Assembly (NCBI GenBank): GCA_965227775.1
Contig: OZ245777.1
Coordinates: 928,001 to 992,000, forward strand
Source: Phycisphaerales bacterium
Lineage (GTDB): Bacteria > Planctomycetota > Phycisphaerae > Phycisphaerales > UBA1924
Length of the DNA stretch: 64,000 nucleotides
Reading direction: 5' to 3'
Under the pieces are notes generated by a model. It saw only the letters and a list, made by a program, of their open reading frames with translations, did no database searches and had not been told where the DNA came from. This document shows positions 49,758 through 59,707 of the stretch, one piece after another. A program made the translations under genes and the position numbers. How positions within the stretch are numbered: the stretch's first letter is position 1; each line of letters opens with the position of its first letter.

Positions 49758-51213
49758 TGGTGTTCTCCGTTTGGGGTGCGGGCTGCGCGTACCCGAGCTC
49801 TGCCAGCACGCGTTCGCGGTCGATGCCAAGCTCGGTCTTGCGCTGCGCGTTCAGCAGCCGCTCGTCTTGGTCGAGGTCGATGGCGTCGGGCCAGTGCACG
49901 GTGACGGTGCGGTCTTGTGGTTCGGTGGCGTGCGTGCCGGCGCGGTCGAGGGCCTCGAGGATGAGGGCGCTCATGCGCGCCACGCCCGCGCCATAGCCGA
50001 CGCGCTTGCGACGCGTCTTGCTGAGCAGGCCCAGCATGGTCACGCGGAGCGCGTTGCCGCTGGACAAGCTGCCGATCTTGGCGCGCACGACGCCCGCGGC
50101 GATGGGCGGCACGCCCGAGGTCTTGTCCATCGCCTCGCGGATGTCCTCGACGTGGAGCGTTTCGCTTGGTGAGTCGGCGTCGCCGCCGAAGGATGTGACC
50201 TGGGCGTCGGGGTTGTCGGTGCTCAGCACGCGGCCGGGGCCGATGCGGACCTGGTCGAAGCCCTCGATGCCCTTGGCGAGGTACATCTTGAAGCTCTGCA
50301 TGGTCACGCGGGCGGCGCGGTCGCTCAGGCGCGTGTTCAACTCGTCTTGCAGGGGCACGAGCGGCTCGACCTCGCCGATGCCGGCGTAGCAGAGCGGCTG
50401 CGGGATGTTCTGCACGTGCACCACCGGCACGCGGCCGGGCGAGGCGCGGTTTGGCCCTTCGGCAACCAGCTCGCCGTCGACGTATACCTGCCGCCACGCG
50501 CCGCTGAGGATTTCGGTGACGCGCTCGGTGTCGAGCGTGCGGCCGTGGCGGTCGTCCCCGTCGGCCAAAGAGGTGCGGCGGGTGAAGTCGATGGCGTACG
50601 CCTCGAGGCGGCGGTAGTCGCCCGCGTCGATGATGGGCACGCCGCGCGTCGGGTCGATCGCCTCGACGCGGATGGCTTCGGCCAGCACCTCACTGGGCAA
50701 TTCCAGCAGCGTGTCGAGGTCGGGCGCGAGGGCGGTCAGGCGCTCGATGTCACAGCGGAGCAGGAGATCGATGTGGCCGTAGACATGGCCCAGCAGGAGC
50801 GCGTCGTGCAGGAGGGAGAGGCCGCCCGAGGCCTCCCACACGGCGTCGAGCGCTGCCTCGATGGCGCGGCGCTGCTCGGGGCGGCCGGCCTTGCTGAGCA
50901 GCACGAGCGGCTCGGGCAGCATGAAGTCGACCATGGTGTTGATGCGCCAGGCGATGTCGTTCTCGATGACGACCTCGCTGGCGGCGGCGTCGACCATGCG
51001 GTCGTCGGACCACGGGTCCCACGCGCCGCGCAGGCGCGGTGGGAGGCCGGCGGCTTGCGGGAGTTCGCCGCCGGGACGCGTGGGCTCGTTGCGGAAGTAG
51101 CCCCAGAGCCATCGCAGTCGCGGCGCGACGTCGCGCTCGTGCTCGGCGAGGATGATCTCGAGGGCCTGCGGCGACAGGTTTGTGTCGGTGAAGGGTGCGA
51201 GATTGAACGCCAC
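49750..51213 (-). CDS. Phage portal protein (SPP1 gp6-like)
   Basis: VVIENDIAWRINTMVDF, GRVPVVHVQN, GEVEPLVPLQDELN, SSGNALR, VTVHWP; GGGAGG RBS before GTG. Confidence 0.85.
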   Translation of the reverse strand: MAFNLAPFTDTNLSPQALEIILAEHERDVAPRLRWLWGYFRNEPTRPGGELPQAAGLPPRLRGAWDPWSDDRMVDAAASEVVIENDIAWRINTMVDFMLPEPLVLLSKAGRPEQRRAIEAALDAVWEASGGLSLLHDALLLGHVYGHIDLLLRCDIERLTALAPDLDTLLELPSEVLAEAIRVEAIDPTRGVPIIDAGDYRRLEAYAIDFTRRTSLADGDDRHGRTLDTERVTEILSGAWRQVYVDGELVAEGPNRASPGRVPVVHVQNIPQPLCYAGIGEVEPLVPLQDELNTRLSDRAARVTMQSFKMYLAKGIEGFDQVRIGPGRVLSTDNPDAQVTSFGGDADSPSETLHVEDIREAMDKTSGVPPIAAGVVRAKIGSLSSGNALRVTMLGLLSKTRRKRVGYGAGVARMSALILEALDRAGTHATEPQDRTVTVHWPDAIDLDQDERLLNAQRKTELGIDRERVLAELGYAQPAPQTENTNA

Positions 51214-51479
51214 GGGCGACCTCCCTTGGGAAAGGGCGTTTGGTGCTGGCCCCGTGAACTCGGGGGCCTGTCACCCAACGGGCGGTCGGACAGGTGGTGG
51301 CGCGCGAGTGCGGTTGTCTTGTTCGCGTGCACAGCTATGAAGCCTCGGTACTCGTGGGGCTTGGCGCGATCTAAGAAACTTGCTGTGTCGGGCGACTTCA
51401 ACGACACGACGTGCGCACGCGAGCGGAGATGCTCGCGTTCGTGGCGTCGACGAATGGATGGATCAGCTAGCTCGGGCGA

Positions 51480-51746
51480 TCAGCCCGTGGTCTCGGCCTT
51501 TGGCTCTTCGAGCACCTCGACGGCCGAGAAGCGGTCGAGGTTGAGGACCACGAGCTCGCCGTCCTTTTTGCGGAGCTCGACGCGGTCGATCCAGACCTTG
51601 TTGTCCTTGGTGTGGGCGAACCACGAGCCGGACTTTTCCTGGCCGACGCGGACGACGACGCCCTCGATGGTGGAGACCATCGTGCCGCTCATGCGGGGGA
51701 ACTGCTGGGTGATACGCACCTTGGCGCCGGGGGTGAGGTTCTCCAT
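51480..51746 (-). CDS. Small hypothetical beta-rich protein (SH3/Sm-like)
   Basis: LTPGAKVRITQQ...IEGVVV...WFAH...LNLDRFSAVEV; host-like codon use. Confidence 0.7.
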   Translation of the reverse strand: MENLTPGAKVRITQQFPRMSGTMVSTIEGVVVRVGQEKSGSWFAHTKDNKVWIDRVELRKKDGELVVLNLDRFSAVEVLEEPKAETTG

Positions 51747-51829
51747 AGCCGACGATGGTAGGGGCGGGGGCTGTGGAGGGTGGCGGCCGGGCCCTGGGGC
51801 CTGTGGGCGGCCGGCGTACGATTGGGCCT

Positions 51830-53530
51830 ATGCCTATTCCACGGATCGCGATTGTGGGCCGGCCCAACGTGGGCAAGAGCTCGCTGATGAACATGCTGGC
51901 CCACTCGAAGGTCTCGATCGTCGACGACCTGCCGGGGGTGACGCGCGATCGCGTGACACGGATCGTCGACCTGGAGCACAGCGAGGGCAAGCCCACCCGG
52001 GCGGTCGAGCTGACCGACACCGGCGGCTACGGCGTGTACGTGGCCGAGGGCGGGCGGTACGACGAGGTGGGTGCCGATCTTTCGACCCTGACCGACGACG
52101 TGGAGGGGCAGATCGAGGCGGCCGTGGCGAACGCCGATCTGATCCTGTTCTGCGTTGACGTGCAGGCGGGGCTGACGCCACGCGATGAGGAGATCGCCCG
52201 GCTGCTGCGCGAGCAGAAGCTGGGGCGTACGGAGCGGTCGGAGCTTGCGCAGCTCGACCCCAGCCTGGGCAAGCAGGCACCGGTGCACGTGGTGGCGACG
52301 AAGGTGGACGGGCCCAAGTGGGAGACGCACGCCTACGAGATGAGCGCCCTGGGCTTCGGCGAGCCGCTGATGTGCAGCGCCAAGAACAACTACATGAGGC
52401 GCGACCTGAGCGACCGGCTGTATGAGCTGCTGCCGGCCGACGACGAGACCGCGGCCGTGCCGCCGGCGGATTTATCGATCGCCGTCATCGGCAAGCGCAA
52501 CGCCGGCAAGAGCACGCTGGTGAACGCGCTAGCTGGGGCGGAACGGGTGATCGTTTCGGAGATTGCAGGCACGACACGCGACGCGGTCGATGTGCTGGTC
52601 GAGAAGGATGGCAGGCGGATCATCGTGATCGACACTGCCGGCATGCGCCGCAAGCGCAGCTTCCAGGGCAAGGTCGAGTGGTTCGCGTTCGACCGGGTGC
52701 AGCGTGCGGTCGATCGGGCCGACGTGGTGCTGCTGATGGTCGACGCGACCGAGGCGACCAGCCAGGTCGACCAGCAGCTGGCGATGCTGTGCCAGAACGC
52801 GTTCAAGCCCACGATCATCGGCGTGAACAAGTGGGACCTGGCCGAGGGGCAGACCGACGACAAGGGCCGGCCCGTGACGCCCGAGCGGTACGAGAAGTAC
52901 GTTCGCGAGGGATTCAAGGGCCTGCCGTTCGCGCCCATCGCGCTGCTGAGCGCAAAGGAAGGGCTGAACGTCGACGGCGTGCTCGACTTGGCGTTCGATC
53001 TCAAGAATCAGGCCCACGAGCGCGTGTCGACTGGGGCGCTCAACCGCTTGGTGCGAAGCATTTTGGAGAAGCGCGGGCCAAGCAACAAGCTGGGCACGCT
53101 GGCGCGGGTCTTCTATGTCGCCCAAGTGGGCACGGCCCCGCCCACGATCGCGATGGTGGTGAACGAGCCGAAGCTGTTCACGCCGAATTACATGCGGTAC
53201 CTGATGAACCGGCTGCGCGAGCAGGCGCCCTTCGACGAGGTTCCTTTCCGCGTGTTCGTGCGCAGCCGCAAGCAGTTCGACAAGCGGCGTGAGCAGGCCG
53301 AGAAGCGCGACAAGCGCGGCATGATCGACACGAGCGCGTTCGATCGCGGCGAAGACCTTGAGCTCACGCCCGAGGAGATCGAGAGCCTGTTCCGCATTCC
53401 TGGCGAGGGTGGCGAGGGCGAGGCGTTTGTCGACGAGGACGGCGCCGAGGGAGGCATCGAGGGCGAGTTCTTCGAAGACGCCGAGGTGTTTGTGTTCGGC
53501 GACGACGAGGAAGAGGACCCCCGCCGATAA
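51830..53530 (+). CDS. der: Ribosome biogenesis GTPase Der (EngA)
   Basis: Two G domains (GRPNVGKS/GVTRD/DTGG; GKRNAGKS/GTTRD/DTAG/NKWD) plus KH-like domain. Confidence 0.95.
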   Translation: MPIPRIAIVGRPNVGKSSLMNMLAHSKVSIVDDLPGVTRDRVTRIVDLEHSEGKPTRAVELTDTGGYGVYVAEGGRYDEVGADLSTLTDDVEGQIEAAVANADLILFCVDVQAGLTPRDEEIARLLREQKLGRTERSELAQLDPSLGKQAPVHVVATKVDGPKWETHAYEMSALGFGEPLMCSAKNNYMRRDLSDRLYELLPADDETAAVPPADLSIAVIGKRNAGKSTLVNALAGAERVIVSEIAGTTRDAVDVLVEKDGRRIIVIDTAGMRRKRSFQGKVEWFAFDRVQRAVDRADVVLLMVDATEATSQVDQQLAMLCQNAFKPTIIGVNKWDLAEGQTDDKGRPVTPERYEKYVREGFKGLPFAPIALLSAKEGLNVDGVLDLAFDLKNQAHERVSTGALNRLVRSILEKRGPSNKLGTLARVFYVAQVGTAPPTIAMVVNEPKLFTPNYMRYLMNRLREQAPFDEVPFRVFVRSRKQFDKRREQAEKRDKRGMIDTSAFDRGEDLELTPEEIESLFRIPGEGGEGEAFVDEDGAEGGIEGEFFEDAEVFVFGDDEEEDPRR

Positions 53531-53573
53531 GTTCGAATTGCGCATTCGTGTGCGTACGAAAGAAGGCGTGGCC

Positions 53574-53610
53574 AGGGTCCGGGGGATGAGTCCGGACGCT
53601 GGCCACGCCT
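53574..53610. repeat. Long GC-rich inverted repeat after der
   Basis: aggcgtggccag...ctggccacgcct with inner gtccgg/ccggac. Confidence 0.55.
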
Positions 53611-53821
53611 GGTGTGGTGTGGTCGTTGGCTCGTTTGAGCCTTTGATTCGGGCTGTTTTTCTCGAGTGGGCCTGAGTCGGCCCGGAGCTTCCCAAATCCC
53701 TTGCCCTGCTATTCGACGAACCTTGGGCACGGTTCCAGTATTCTCGGATCTCCTTACCTTGGGGTGCGCGTCTTGCGGATCAGGAGCGCAGAAGTCCTCG
53801 ATAAATGTGCCTCAGCGTGCT

Positions 53822-54709
53822 TTAGCAGCCCGCGTCGAAGGCGTTCTGGAACGCCAGGAAGTCAAACAACGTGAGCACGCCGTCGCCGTCGAAGTCGGCC
53901 TCGAGCTCGCCCGCATCGAACGCGTTCTGGAATGCGAGGAAGTCAAAGATGTCGAGCACGCCGCTGCCGTCGAAGTCGGCACGGCAGGGCGCGAGGCCCA
54001 GGCCCTGGGGGATGTTGGTGGTGGACGCGACGACCCTGGTGAAGCCGGTCACGATGTTGATCTCGTAGAGCTGGCGACCGTTGTCGGTCATGACGAGATC
54101 GCCGTCGCGCTGGAAGGCGATGCTGCCCGGGGCGCTGCCGGCGATGCCCATGCTGAGGGGGATCGTCTCGACGAGCTCGCCGCTCGACGCCTCAATCTTG
54201 AGCAGCTCGGGAATCGAGCCCGGGCTGGCACTGGTGATGCCGTAGAAGAACCCGTCGCGGGTGTTGTAGTCGAGGCCGAACAGGCGGGGCAGGCGCGGGC
54301 CGCCGAGCAGGCGGACCGTACCCGTCGATGAGCTGACCGTGCCGAGTCGGCCGGACAGGTCGGTGCCGTAGAGCACGCCGCCGGGGCCGACGGCGATCGA
54401 GTCTCGCACATCGCCGCCGATGTGGGTTGCGAGGCCGGTGGTGCGGTCGACGCGGCTGAGGCCGCTGTCACCGGCCGGCGAGTTGTTGATGATGAAGATC
54501 CTGAACGAAGCGGTGACGGCCATGCTGATGGGCGTGGTGTAGCGATCGGGATCGGGGTTCAGCGGCCCAATCATCCGGACGGTCTCGCCGGTGTCGCTGT
54601 CGAAGATGTACAGGCTGTCGGAGCTGGCGTCGACGGCGTACATCTGGTCGGCCGAGGCGGTAGCGACCAGGCCAGCGGTGGCGAGAACGGTCAGGGTCTG
54701 CTTGAGCAT
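53822..54709 (-). CDS. Secreted beta-propeller-like protein with GC-type dockerin module
   Basis: AAGGAG RBS; xDxxTG blades; tail CRADFDGSG...FDAGC. Confidence 0.87.
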   Translation of the reverse strand: MLKQTLTVLATAGLVATASADQMYAVDASSDSLYIFDSDTGETVRMIGPLNPDPDRYTTPISMAVTASFRIFIINNSPAGDSGLSRVDRTTGLATHIGGDVRDSIAVGPGGVLYGTDLSGRLGTVSSSTGTVRLLGGPRLPRLFGLDYNTRDGFFYGITSASPGSIPELLKIEASSGELVETIPLSMGIAGSAPGSIAFQRDGDLVMTDNGRQLYEINIVTGFTRVVASTTNIPQGLGLAPCRADFDGSGVLDIFDFLAFQNAFDAGELEADFDGDGVLTLFDFLAFQNAFDAGC

Positions 54710-54795
54710 CTGCTTTCTCCTTGATGCGGGTCCGAGGGATCGGAAGACGCGAGTTGCGTCACCCCGTTTAGCGTCAAAGAGCCCGATTTGTCACG

Positions 54796-55683
54796 TCAAT
54801 TCGTGAGAATTTCGTCGGGATATCGAATCCACTCCAGGCACAGACCGCTGGGCGCGGCGGTGGGGCCGGCTCGGCGGCGTTCCTTGCTTGCCAGGATGTC
54901 GGGCAGCTCCCTTGGCTCGATCCGGCCGCGCCCCACCTCGTGCAGCGTGCCGGCGATGATGCGGACCATGTTGTACAGGAAGCCGCTGCCGGTGACGGTG
55001 AACCCGACTCGATGCTCGGCGGTGCGCTCGACGGCCAGTTCGTAGATGGTCCGGATGGTGGACTGGCGATCATGGTTGATCTGGGTAAACGAGGCAAAGT
55101 CGTGCTCGCCCACGAGATGGCGTGCGGCCTCGGTCATGCGGGCCTCGTCGAGCGTGTGGTGGGTGTGCGTGACGAAGCGTCGGTCGAACAGTGGTCTCTG
55201 GTGATGATCGTGGAAGGCGTAGGAGTATGCCTTGCGCTCGGCGTCGCCGATGGGGTTGAAGGCCTCGTGCGTGGGCTGGGCGTCGGTGACGAGCACGTCG
55301 GCGGGCAGGCGGCCGTTGAGGGCGCGGATGAGCGGCTCGAGGCCTCGCTCCACGGGCCAGCCGCCGCCGTGGCGGGCGGGATCGGTGCCGTCGGAACAGG
55401 TGAATGAGGCAACCTGTCCGCGGGCGTGCACGCCGGCGTCGGTCCGGCTGGCGCCGGTGAGCACGACCGGCTCTCGAACGACCTGCCGCACGGCCTGCTC
55501 GACGACGGCCTGGACCGTGCGCAGGGCCACGCGGCCCGGCGGGGCGGGTAGCGATGGATCGGCGTGGTGGATGGCGGCCCCGGTGGCCGGTGGTTGATCG
55601 GGCGTCGGGGCGGGCGGTTCCTGCTTCTGCCAGCCGCAGAAGTCGGTGCCGTCGTATGCGATGGTCAGGCGATAGGTCGGCAC
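54796..55683 (-). CDS. truA: tRNA pseudouridine(38-40) synthase
   Basis: AYDGTDFCGWQ, ASRTDAGVHARGQ, GEHDFASF, GFLYNMVRII, APSGLCL. Confidence 0.95.
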   Translation of the reverse strand: MPTYRLTIAYDGTDFCGWQKQEPPAPTPDQPPATGAAIHHADPSLPAPPGRVALRTVQAVVEQAVRQVVREPVVLTGASRTDAGVHARGQVASFTCSDGTDPARHGGGWPVERGLEPLIRALNGRLPADVLVTDAQPTHEAFNPIGDAERKAYSYAFHDHHQRPLFDRRFVTHTHHTLDEARMTEAARHLVGEHDFASFTQINHDRQSTIRTIYELAVERTAEHRVGFTVTGSGFLYNMVRIIAGTLHEVGRGRIEPRELPDILASKERRRAGPTAAPSGLCLEWIRYPDEILTN

Positions 55684-55825
55684 ACGCAAGCGTAACGGCG
55701 CGATCGCTCCGAAGATATCGCAATAGGGCCCGTGGGGCCGCGTTGGGCGTTGAGGAGACGCTGGGGCGGCCCGGCGCAAAGGCGCTGAACGAAGACACGT
55801 GTGGTGTCCAAGAGGAGGATCTCGC

Positions 55826-56296
55826 ATGACCAGGACTCTTTCGATGTGGGCGGCTTTGGTGGGGCTGCTGGTGGGCACGGCGGGCGCTTTCGCCCAGGGC
55901 GTTGGCAACGAGCGGCCCGATCCGGCCGACGTCGCTGCCCGTTGCGTGTCGGCCATGGAAGCCGTGGCTGATCGGACTGCTGGCGGCATCGGCGATGCGG
56001 CGCAGCGGGCCACCGGGCTCGTGGCGCGTCTCGATGCGGCGGGTGCGCCGGATCGCGAGATCGTCCGGGCCGGACAGGCCGGCGTCGACCGCGTCCAGTT
56101 GATCGCTCGCTTCGGTTCGTCGCGGATTGCGCGCATCGAGGCCCACTGCGTGAAGGTGCTGCGTCGCCTGGGTGCCGATCGCGCCCTCATCGGCCGCGTC
56201 ATGGACGCCGCCGACGGCTTCCGCGAGGATGTCCGCAACGCCGCCCAGCGCGGCAGCGGCGCCATCCGCCAGGCCGTGGCCGACGCCATCGGCTGA
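55826..56296 (+). CDS. Secreted all-helical hypothetical protein
   Basis: GAGGAGG RBS, signal peptide, two Cys. Confidence 0.75.
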   Translation: MTRTLSMWAALVGLLVGTAGAFAQGVGNERPDPADVAARCVSAMEAVADRTAGGIGDAAQRATGLVARLDAAGAPDREIVRAGQAGVDRVQLIARFGSSRIARIEAHCVKVLRRLGADRALIGRVMDAADGFREDVRNAAQRGSGAIRQAVADAIG

Positions 56297-56487
56297 TCGA
56301 TCGTCCGACAACACCGGAGCCCCGAGCTTCGTGATCGGCACCCCGCGCCTGGGGAGGGCGGGGTGCTGTTTTTGTTGGTTTGGAGAGTCTGGGATGTTCG
56401 TGGAGGGCGCGCAGTAACGGGCTCGCGCCCCGGCGCGGTAGCCATGGAAGTGGTTGCGAGGCACTCGAATCGGAAAGGGAGCTTGCG

Positions 56488-57378
56488 ATGATCAAGCGTG
56501 TTGGCATTCTGGTAGCAGCGTTGGCGGCGAGCGCCCTTGGGCAAGACGGGATGATCATCGGCGGCAATCTCATCCCGCGCGAGCTGGTGGAAATGAGCCG
56601 AACCAGCGGCGCCACCGTAACGATCGCGCCGGTGGGCGTGCAGCCCCAGGGCCTCGCGTATGACCCCGGCCGCGAGCGCCTGTACGCCGTTGATGCGGGC
56701 TTCAACTCGGTGTACACGATCGATCCGGTGACCGGCTCGACCGTGCTGCTCGCGGCCGTGACCGGGGCGAGCAACGCGAACGGCTTGGCGTACGACCCCG
56801 GCCGCGACGTGATTTATGTGAGCGACAACAACAACAACCGGCTGTACACGGTCGACCCGAGCACCGGTGCGTCGGCGATCGTCGGCGTGCTCGCGGGCGC
56901 GAACGAAGTGGAAGGGTTGGCCTTCGATTGCGATACCAACACGCTGTACGGCGTGAGCGCGCTGACGCAGCGCCTTGTGACGATCGATCCCGACACGGCC
57001 GCCGTGACCGAACTGCCGCTGGTGCTCCCGGTGCTCAACTGGCGCGGGCTGGCCTTTGATCGAGCCGAGCGGGCGCTGTATCTGAGCGTGTCTGTCAGCG
57101 GGAACTTCTACCGAGTCGACGTGGCGACCCTGACGCTGACGAACCTGGGCTTGATCAATCCGGCGCGGGGCGTGCAGGGGCTGGCGGTGATCGAGGACGC
57201 GTGCGAGAACTGCCGCGTAGATCTCGATGGCGATGGCCTCATCACGGTCTTTGATTTTCTCGAGTTCCAGAACCTGTTCGACGCGGGTGATCTAGGAGCC
57301 GACTTTGATGGCGATGGCGTGCTGACGGTGTTCGACTTCCTCGCATTCCAGAACGAGTTCGCGATGGGGTGCGACTGA
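56488..57378 (+). CDS. Secreted beta-propeller protein with GC-type dockerin module
   Basis: Repeats GLAYD...LYT[IV]DPxTG; tail CRVDLDGDG...FAMGCD. Confidence 0.88.
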   Translation: MIKRVGILVAALAASALGQDGMIIGGNLIPRELVEMSRTSGATVTIAPVGVQPQGLAYDPGRERLYAVDAGFNSVYTIDPVTGSTVLLAAVTGASNANGLAYDPGRDVIYVSDNNNNRLYTVDPSTGASAIVGVLAGANEVEGLAFDCDTNTLYGVSALTQRLVTIDPDTAAVTELPLVLPVLNWRGLAFDRAERALYLSVSVSGNFYRVDVATLTLTNLGLINPARGVQGLAVIEDACENCRVDLDGDGLITVFDFLEFQNLFDAGDLGADFDGDGVLTVFDFLAFQNEFAMGCD

Positions 57379-57412
57379 GCGATTGCTGCTGGATGGCCTA
57401 ATCTAGCGTTGC

Positions 57413-58000
57413 ATGAGCGGGCCGCCGATCGAGATCGAGTTCACGCCTACGCGGGAAGACGCGGTCGCGGTGCGCGTGCGGGCCGCGAGGGGCTATGAGT
57501 CGCCGCAGATGCGACGCATCGCGCGGCAGAAGGCGGTGATCGGCGCGCTCGTCGGCGTTCCTATTGGGGCGTTTGCGGTCTTGGGGGCGGTGGTCATTGG
57601 TGTGTTGATCTCGCGTGGCGTCACGCCCAGGCCGGGGCTGTGGGGTGCGATCGCGATATTCGGTGTCATCTGGGCGACGCAGATCCTGCGCGCGGCGACC
57701 AGGGACCCGTGGAAGGGCGCGTCGGGGCGGCGGCTCGAGCGGCTGATCCGTCGAACGACGGATTCGTCGGAACTCACGTCGAGCCTGTTCCGGATCGATC
57801 GCGAGGGCGTGACGCACGAGAACGAGGGCGTCGTGCTCTTCGTGCCGTGGGGCGTGATGGAGCGCGTGGATTACGTCGGCGGCGCCTGGTACTTCCATGC
57901 CGGCAAGCACGCGATGATGCGTGTGCCCGAACGCGTGGTGCCCGATGCGGAAGCGCTGCGGGTGCTTATCGCCGAGCAGGTGCCGCAGGGGGACGCGTGA
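57413..58000 (+). CDS. YcxB-like membrane protein
   Basis: Two TM helices plus C-terminal IDREGV...VPWGVM...MRVPERV. Confidence 0.65.
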   Translation: MSGPPIEIEFTPTREDAVAVRVRAARGYESPQMRRIARQKAVIGALVGVPIGAFAVLGAVVIGVLISRGVTPRPGLWGAIAIFGVIWATQILRAATRDPWKGASGRRLERLIRRTTDSSELTSSLFRIDREGVTHENEGVVLFVPWGVMERVDYVGGAWYFHAGKHAMMRVPERVVPDAEALRVLIAEQVPQGDA

Positions 58001-58016
58001 TGCGCGAGTCTCTTGT

Positions 58017-58442
58017 TTACGAAGCGGCGCTGTGAGTCACGCTTGTCCTGGCCTTGCGGCTCTTTCGAACGTAAAGCACGAGTAAGAGCAGGCCGGCCAA
58101 GCCGAGGCTGGCTAGCAGGCTCACGCCATAGACGGTTGTGATGGCAGAGATGATCTGGCCTTCACCGGTTAAGAGACCAATGTCGCGGTTCCGGGCACCG
58201 GGCGAGTAGCCATGGATGTGCTCCATGATGGTTGGAACATCGTTTGGCAGCACGTACTCGTGTGTTCGCCCCTTCTCGAGATCGACGCGCCATACCTTGG
58301 CATTTGATGACTTCTCGCCGTAGCGCGACGCGATGAAGAGGAATTGGTCGTCGAGTGTGCACACGAAGACCAACGACTCGCGAACGAAGAGATCGCTCCC
58401 GTGCGGCCCGTCGACGACGATCTCATCGTCGAGCCAAGTCAC
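58017..58442 (-). CDS. Hypothetical protein with C-terminal TM, possibly truncated
   Basis: 141-aa ORF with atypical codon use; in-frame ATG-TAG just upstream (58490-58485). Confidence 0.35.
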   Translation of the reverse strand: MTWLDDEIVVDGPHGSDLFVRESLVFVCTLDDQFLFIASRYGEKSSNAKVWRVDLEKGRTHEYVLPNDVPTIMEHIHGYSPGARNRDIGLLTGEGQIISAITTVYGVSLLASLGLAGLLLLVLYVRKSRKARTSVTHSAAS

Positions 58443-58563
58443 GGTGTAGCCGTGTCCGATATCGCCCGGAAACCCGAAGAGATCCTACATCGATCAACAC
58501 TCTCGTCGCCAGAACGGAGTACGAGGCTGTTTCGCTAGGATTCGGATGTACGCGGATTCGGCC

Positions 58564-59412
58564 CTACGCCGCGCTGGACTTCCGCGCGTTCATCACCCGG
58601 TCCGCGTACTTGTTCATCGCGTCGCGGAGCTGCTCGAAGCTGTCGAGGACGTACAGGATGGGCTGGTAGTGATCGATCTCGAAGGGTGTGTCGCACACGC
58701 GGTCGAGGTCGAAGTCGCGGCGGTCGACGTTCTTGGAGTGCAGCGCGTGCTCGCTTTCGCCCAGGCTGCTGATCAGGCCGCTGCCGTAGAGCTTGGTGCG
58801 GCCGCCTTCGCGGATCAGGCCGAACTCGACAGTGAACCAGAAGAGGCGGCCCAGCCGCTCGATGTGGTACGGATCCTCGCAGTGCAGGGCGGCCTTGCCG
58901 TAGGTCTGCAGGAACTCGGCGAACACGTCGTCGGCGTGCAGGGGCACGTGGCCGAAGATGTCGTGGAAGATGTCTGGCTCGGGCAGGTAGTGCATCAGCC
59001 GCTTGGGGCGGATTGTGATGGTGGTGGGGAACTGGCGGTTCGCCAGGCACGCGAAGAACGCCTTGGCGGGCAGGTACCCCGGCACGGGGCGGCTGGCCCA
59101 GCCGGTGAGCGCGGCGAGGTTGGCGTTGATCGACTCGACGCTCGGCACGCTGTCGCTGGGCAGCCCGATGGCACGCATGCCGTCGAGGAAGACCTTGGAG
59201 GCCTGGTCGTCGAGGGTCTTCATGCGTTCGGTGAAGAGGGTGCGCCAGACCTCATGGTTCTCTTGGGTGTAGAGATCCATCTTCTGGGTAATGTAGAACT
59301 TGTTGGTGTCGATTTCGCTGGAGGGCTGGAAGGGCGCCTTGTCGGCGGCGGCCTGGGCCAGGCGGGCCTCGTCGCTGTCGATGACGGTGCTGTACTCGAT
59401 ATCGCCTCGCAT
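58564..59412 (-). CDS. phhA: Phenylalanine 4-monooxygenase (biopterin-dependent aromatic amino acid hydroxylase)
   Basis: YLPEPDIFHDIFGHVP, FWFTVEFGL, YGSGLISSLGE, YQPILY. Confidence 0.92.
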   Translation of the reverse strand: MRGDIEYSTVIDSDEARLAQAAADKAPFQPSSEIDTNKFYITQKMDLYTQENHEVWRTLFTERMKTLDDQASKVFLDGMRAIGLPSDSVPSVESINANLAALTGWASRPVPGYLPAKAFFACLANRQFPTTITIRPKRLMHYLPEPDIFHDIFGHVPLHADDVFAEFLQTYGKAALHCEDPYHIERLGRLFWFTVEFGLIREGGRTKLYGSGLISSLGESEHALHSKNVDRRDFDLDRVCDTPFEIDHYQPILYVLDSFEQLRDAMNKYADRVMNARKSSAA

Positions 59413-59707
59413 GGTGTCCCTCCGGCTCTCGGTGCGTGCCTGAGAGATGATACACGGGGTGCACCTGAGGCTTCGAGTGGGTGTTGTGCGTCCGATAAAG
59501 TGACAAGTCGGCGCGACCCTCAGGGTTCTCGGATTCGTAGTGGAGCCCAGCCGCAGATAGGATCGTGGTCAACCGACAGCGGTTGGCGGGATGGGCCTGC
59601 CTGGCGCATCGCGTAGAGCCGGTGGGACGGCCCGTCCGATGGGGCTCCGAGAGGGGAGGGCCCGGGCGGAGGCCGGTATCTCGAACAGATTCGAAGGAGG
59701 CACGAGG

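Larger units (their letters stand above)
46145..51213 (-). other. Compact phage-head-derived operon (GTA-like or domesticated prophage module)
   Basis: Seven co-directional intact ORFs in canonical head-module order; no integrase or terminase recognised. Confidence 0.7.

Noticed and set aside
46145..51213. Complete prophage, PICI/satellite or encapsulin locus
   Set aside because: No integrase, att repeats, regulators, primase or terminase seen; the portal and scaffold argue against an encapsulin.
50347..52158. 603-aa plus-strand ORF as a possible missing terminase
   Set aside because: Antisense to the portal and small gene; no Walker or nuclease motifs.
54796..56544. 582-aa extended truA ORF
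   Set aside because: The upstream part is antisense to the 55826-56296 gene; TruA motifs begin at about 55683.
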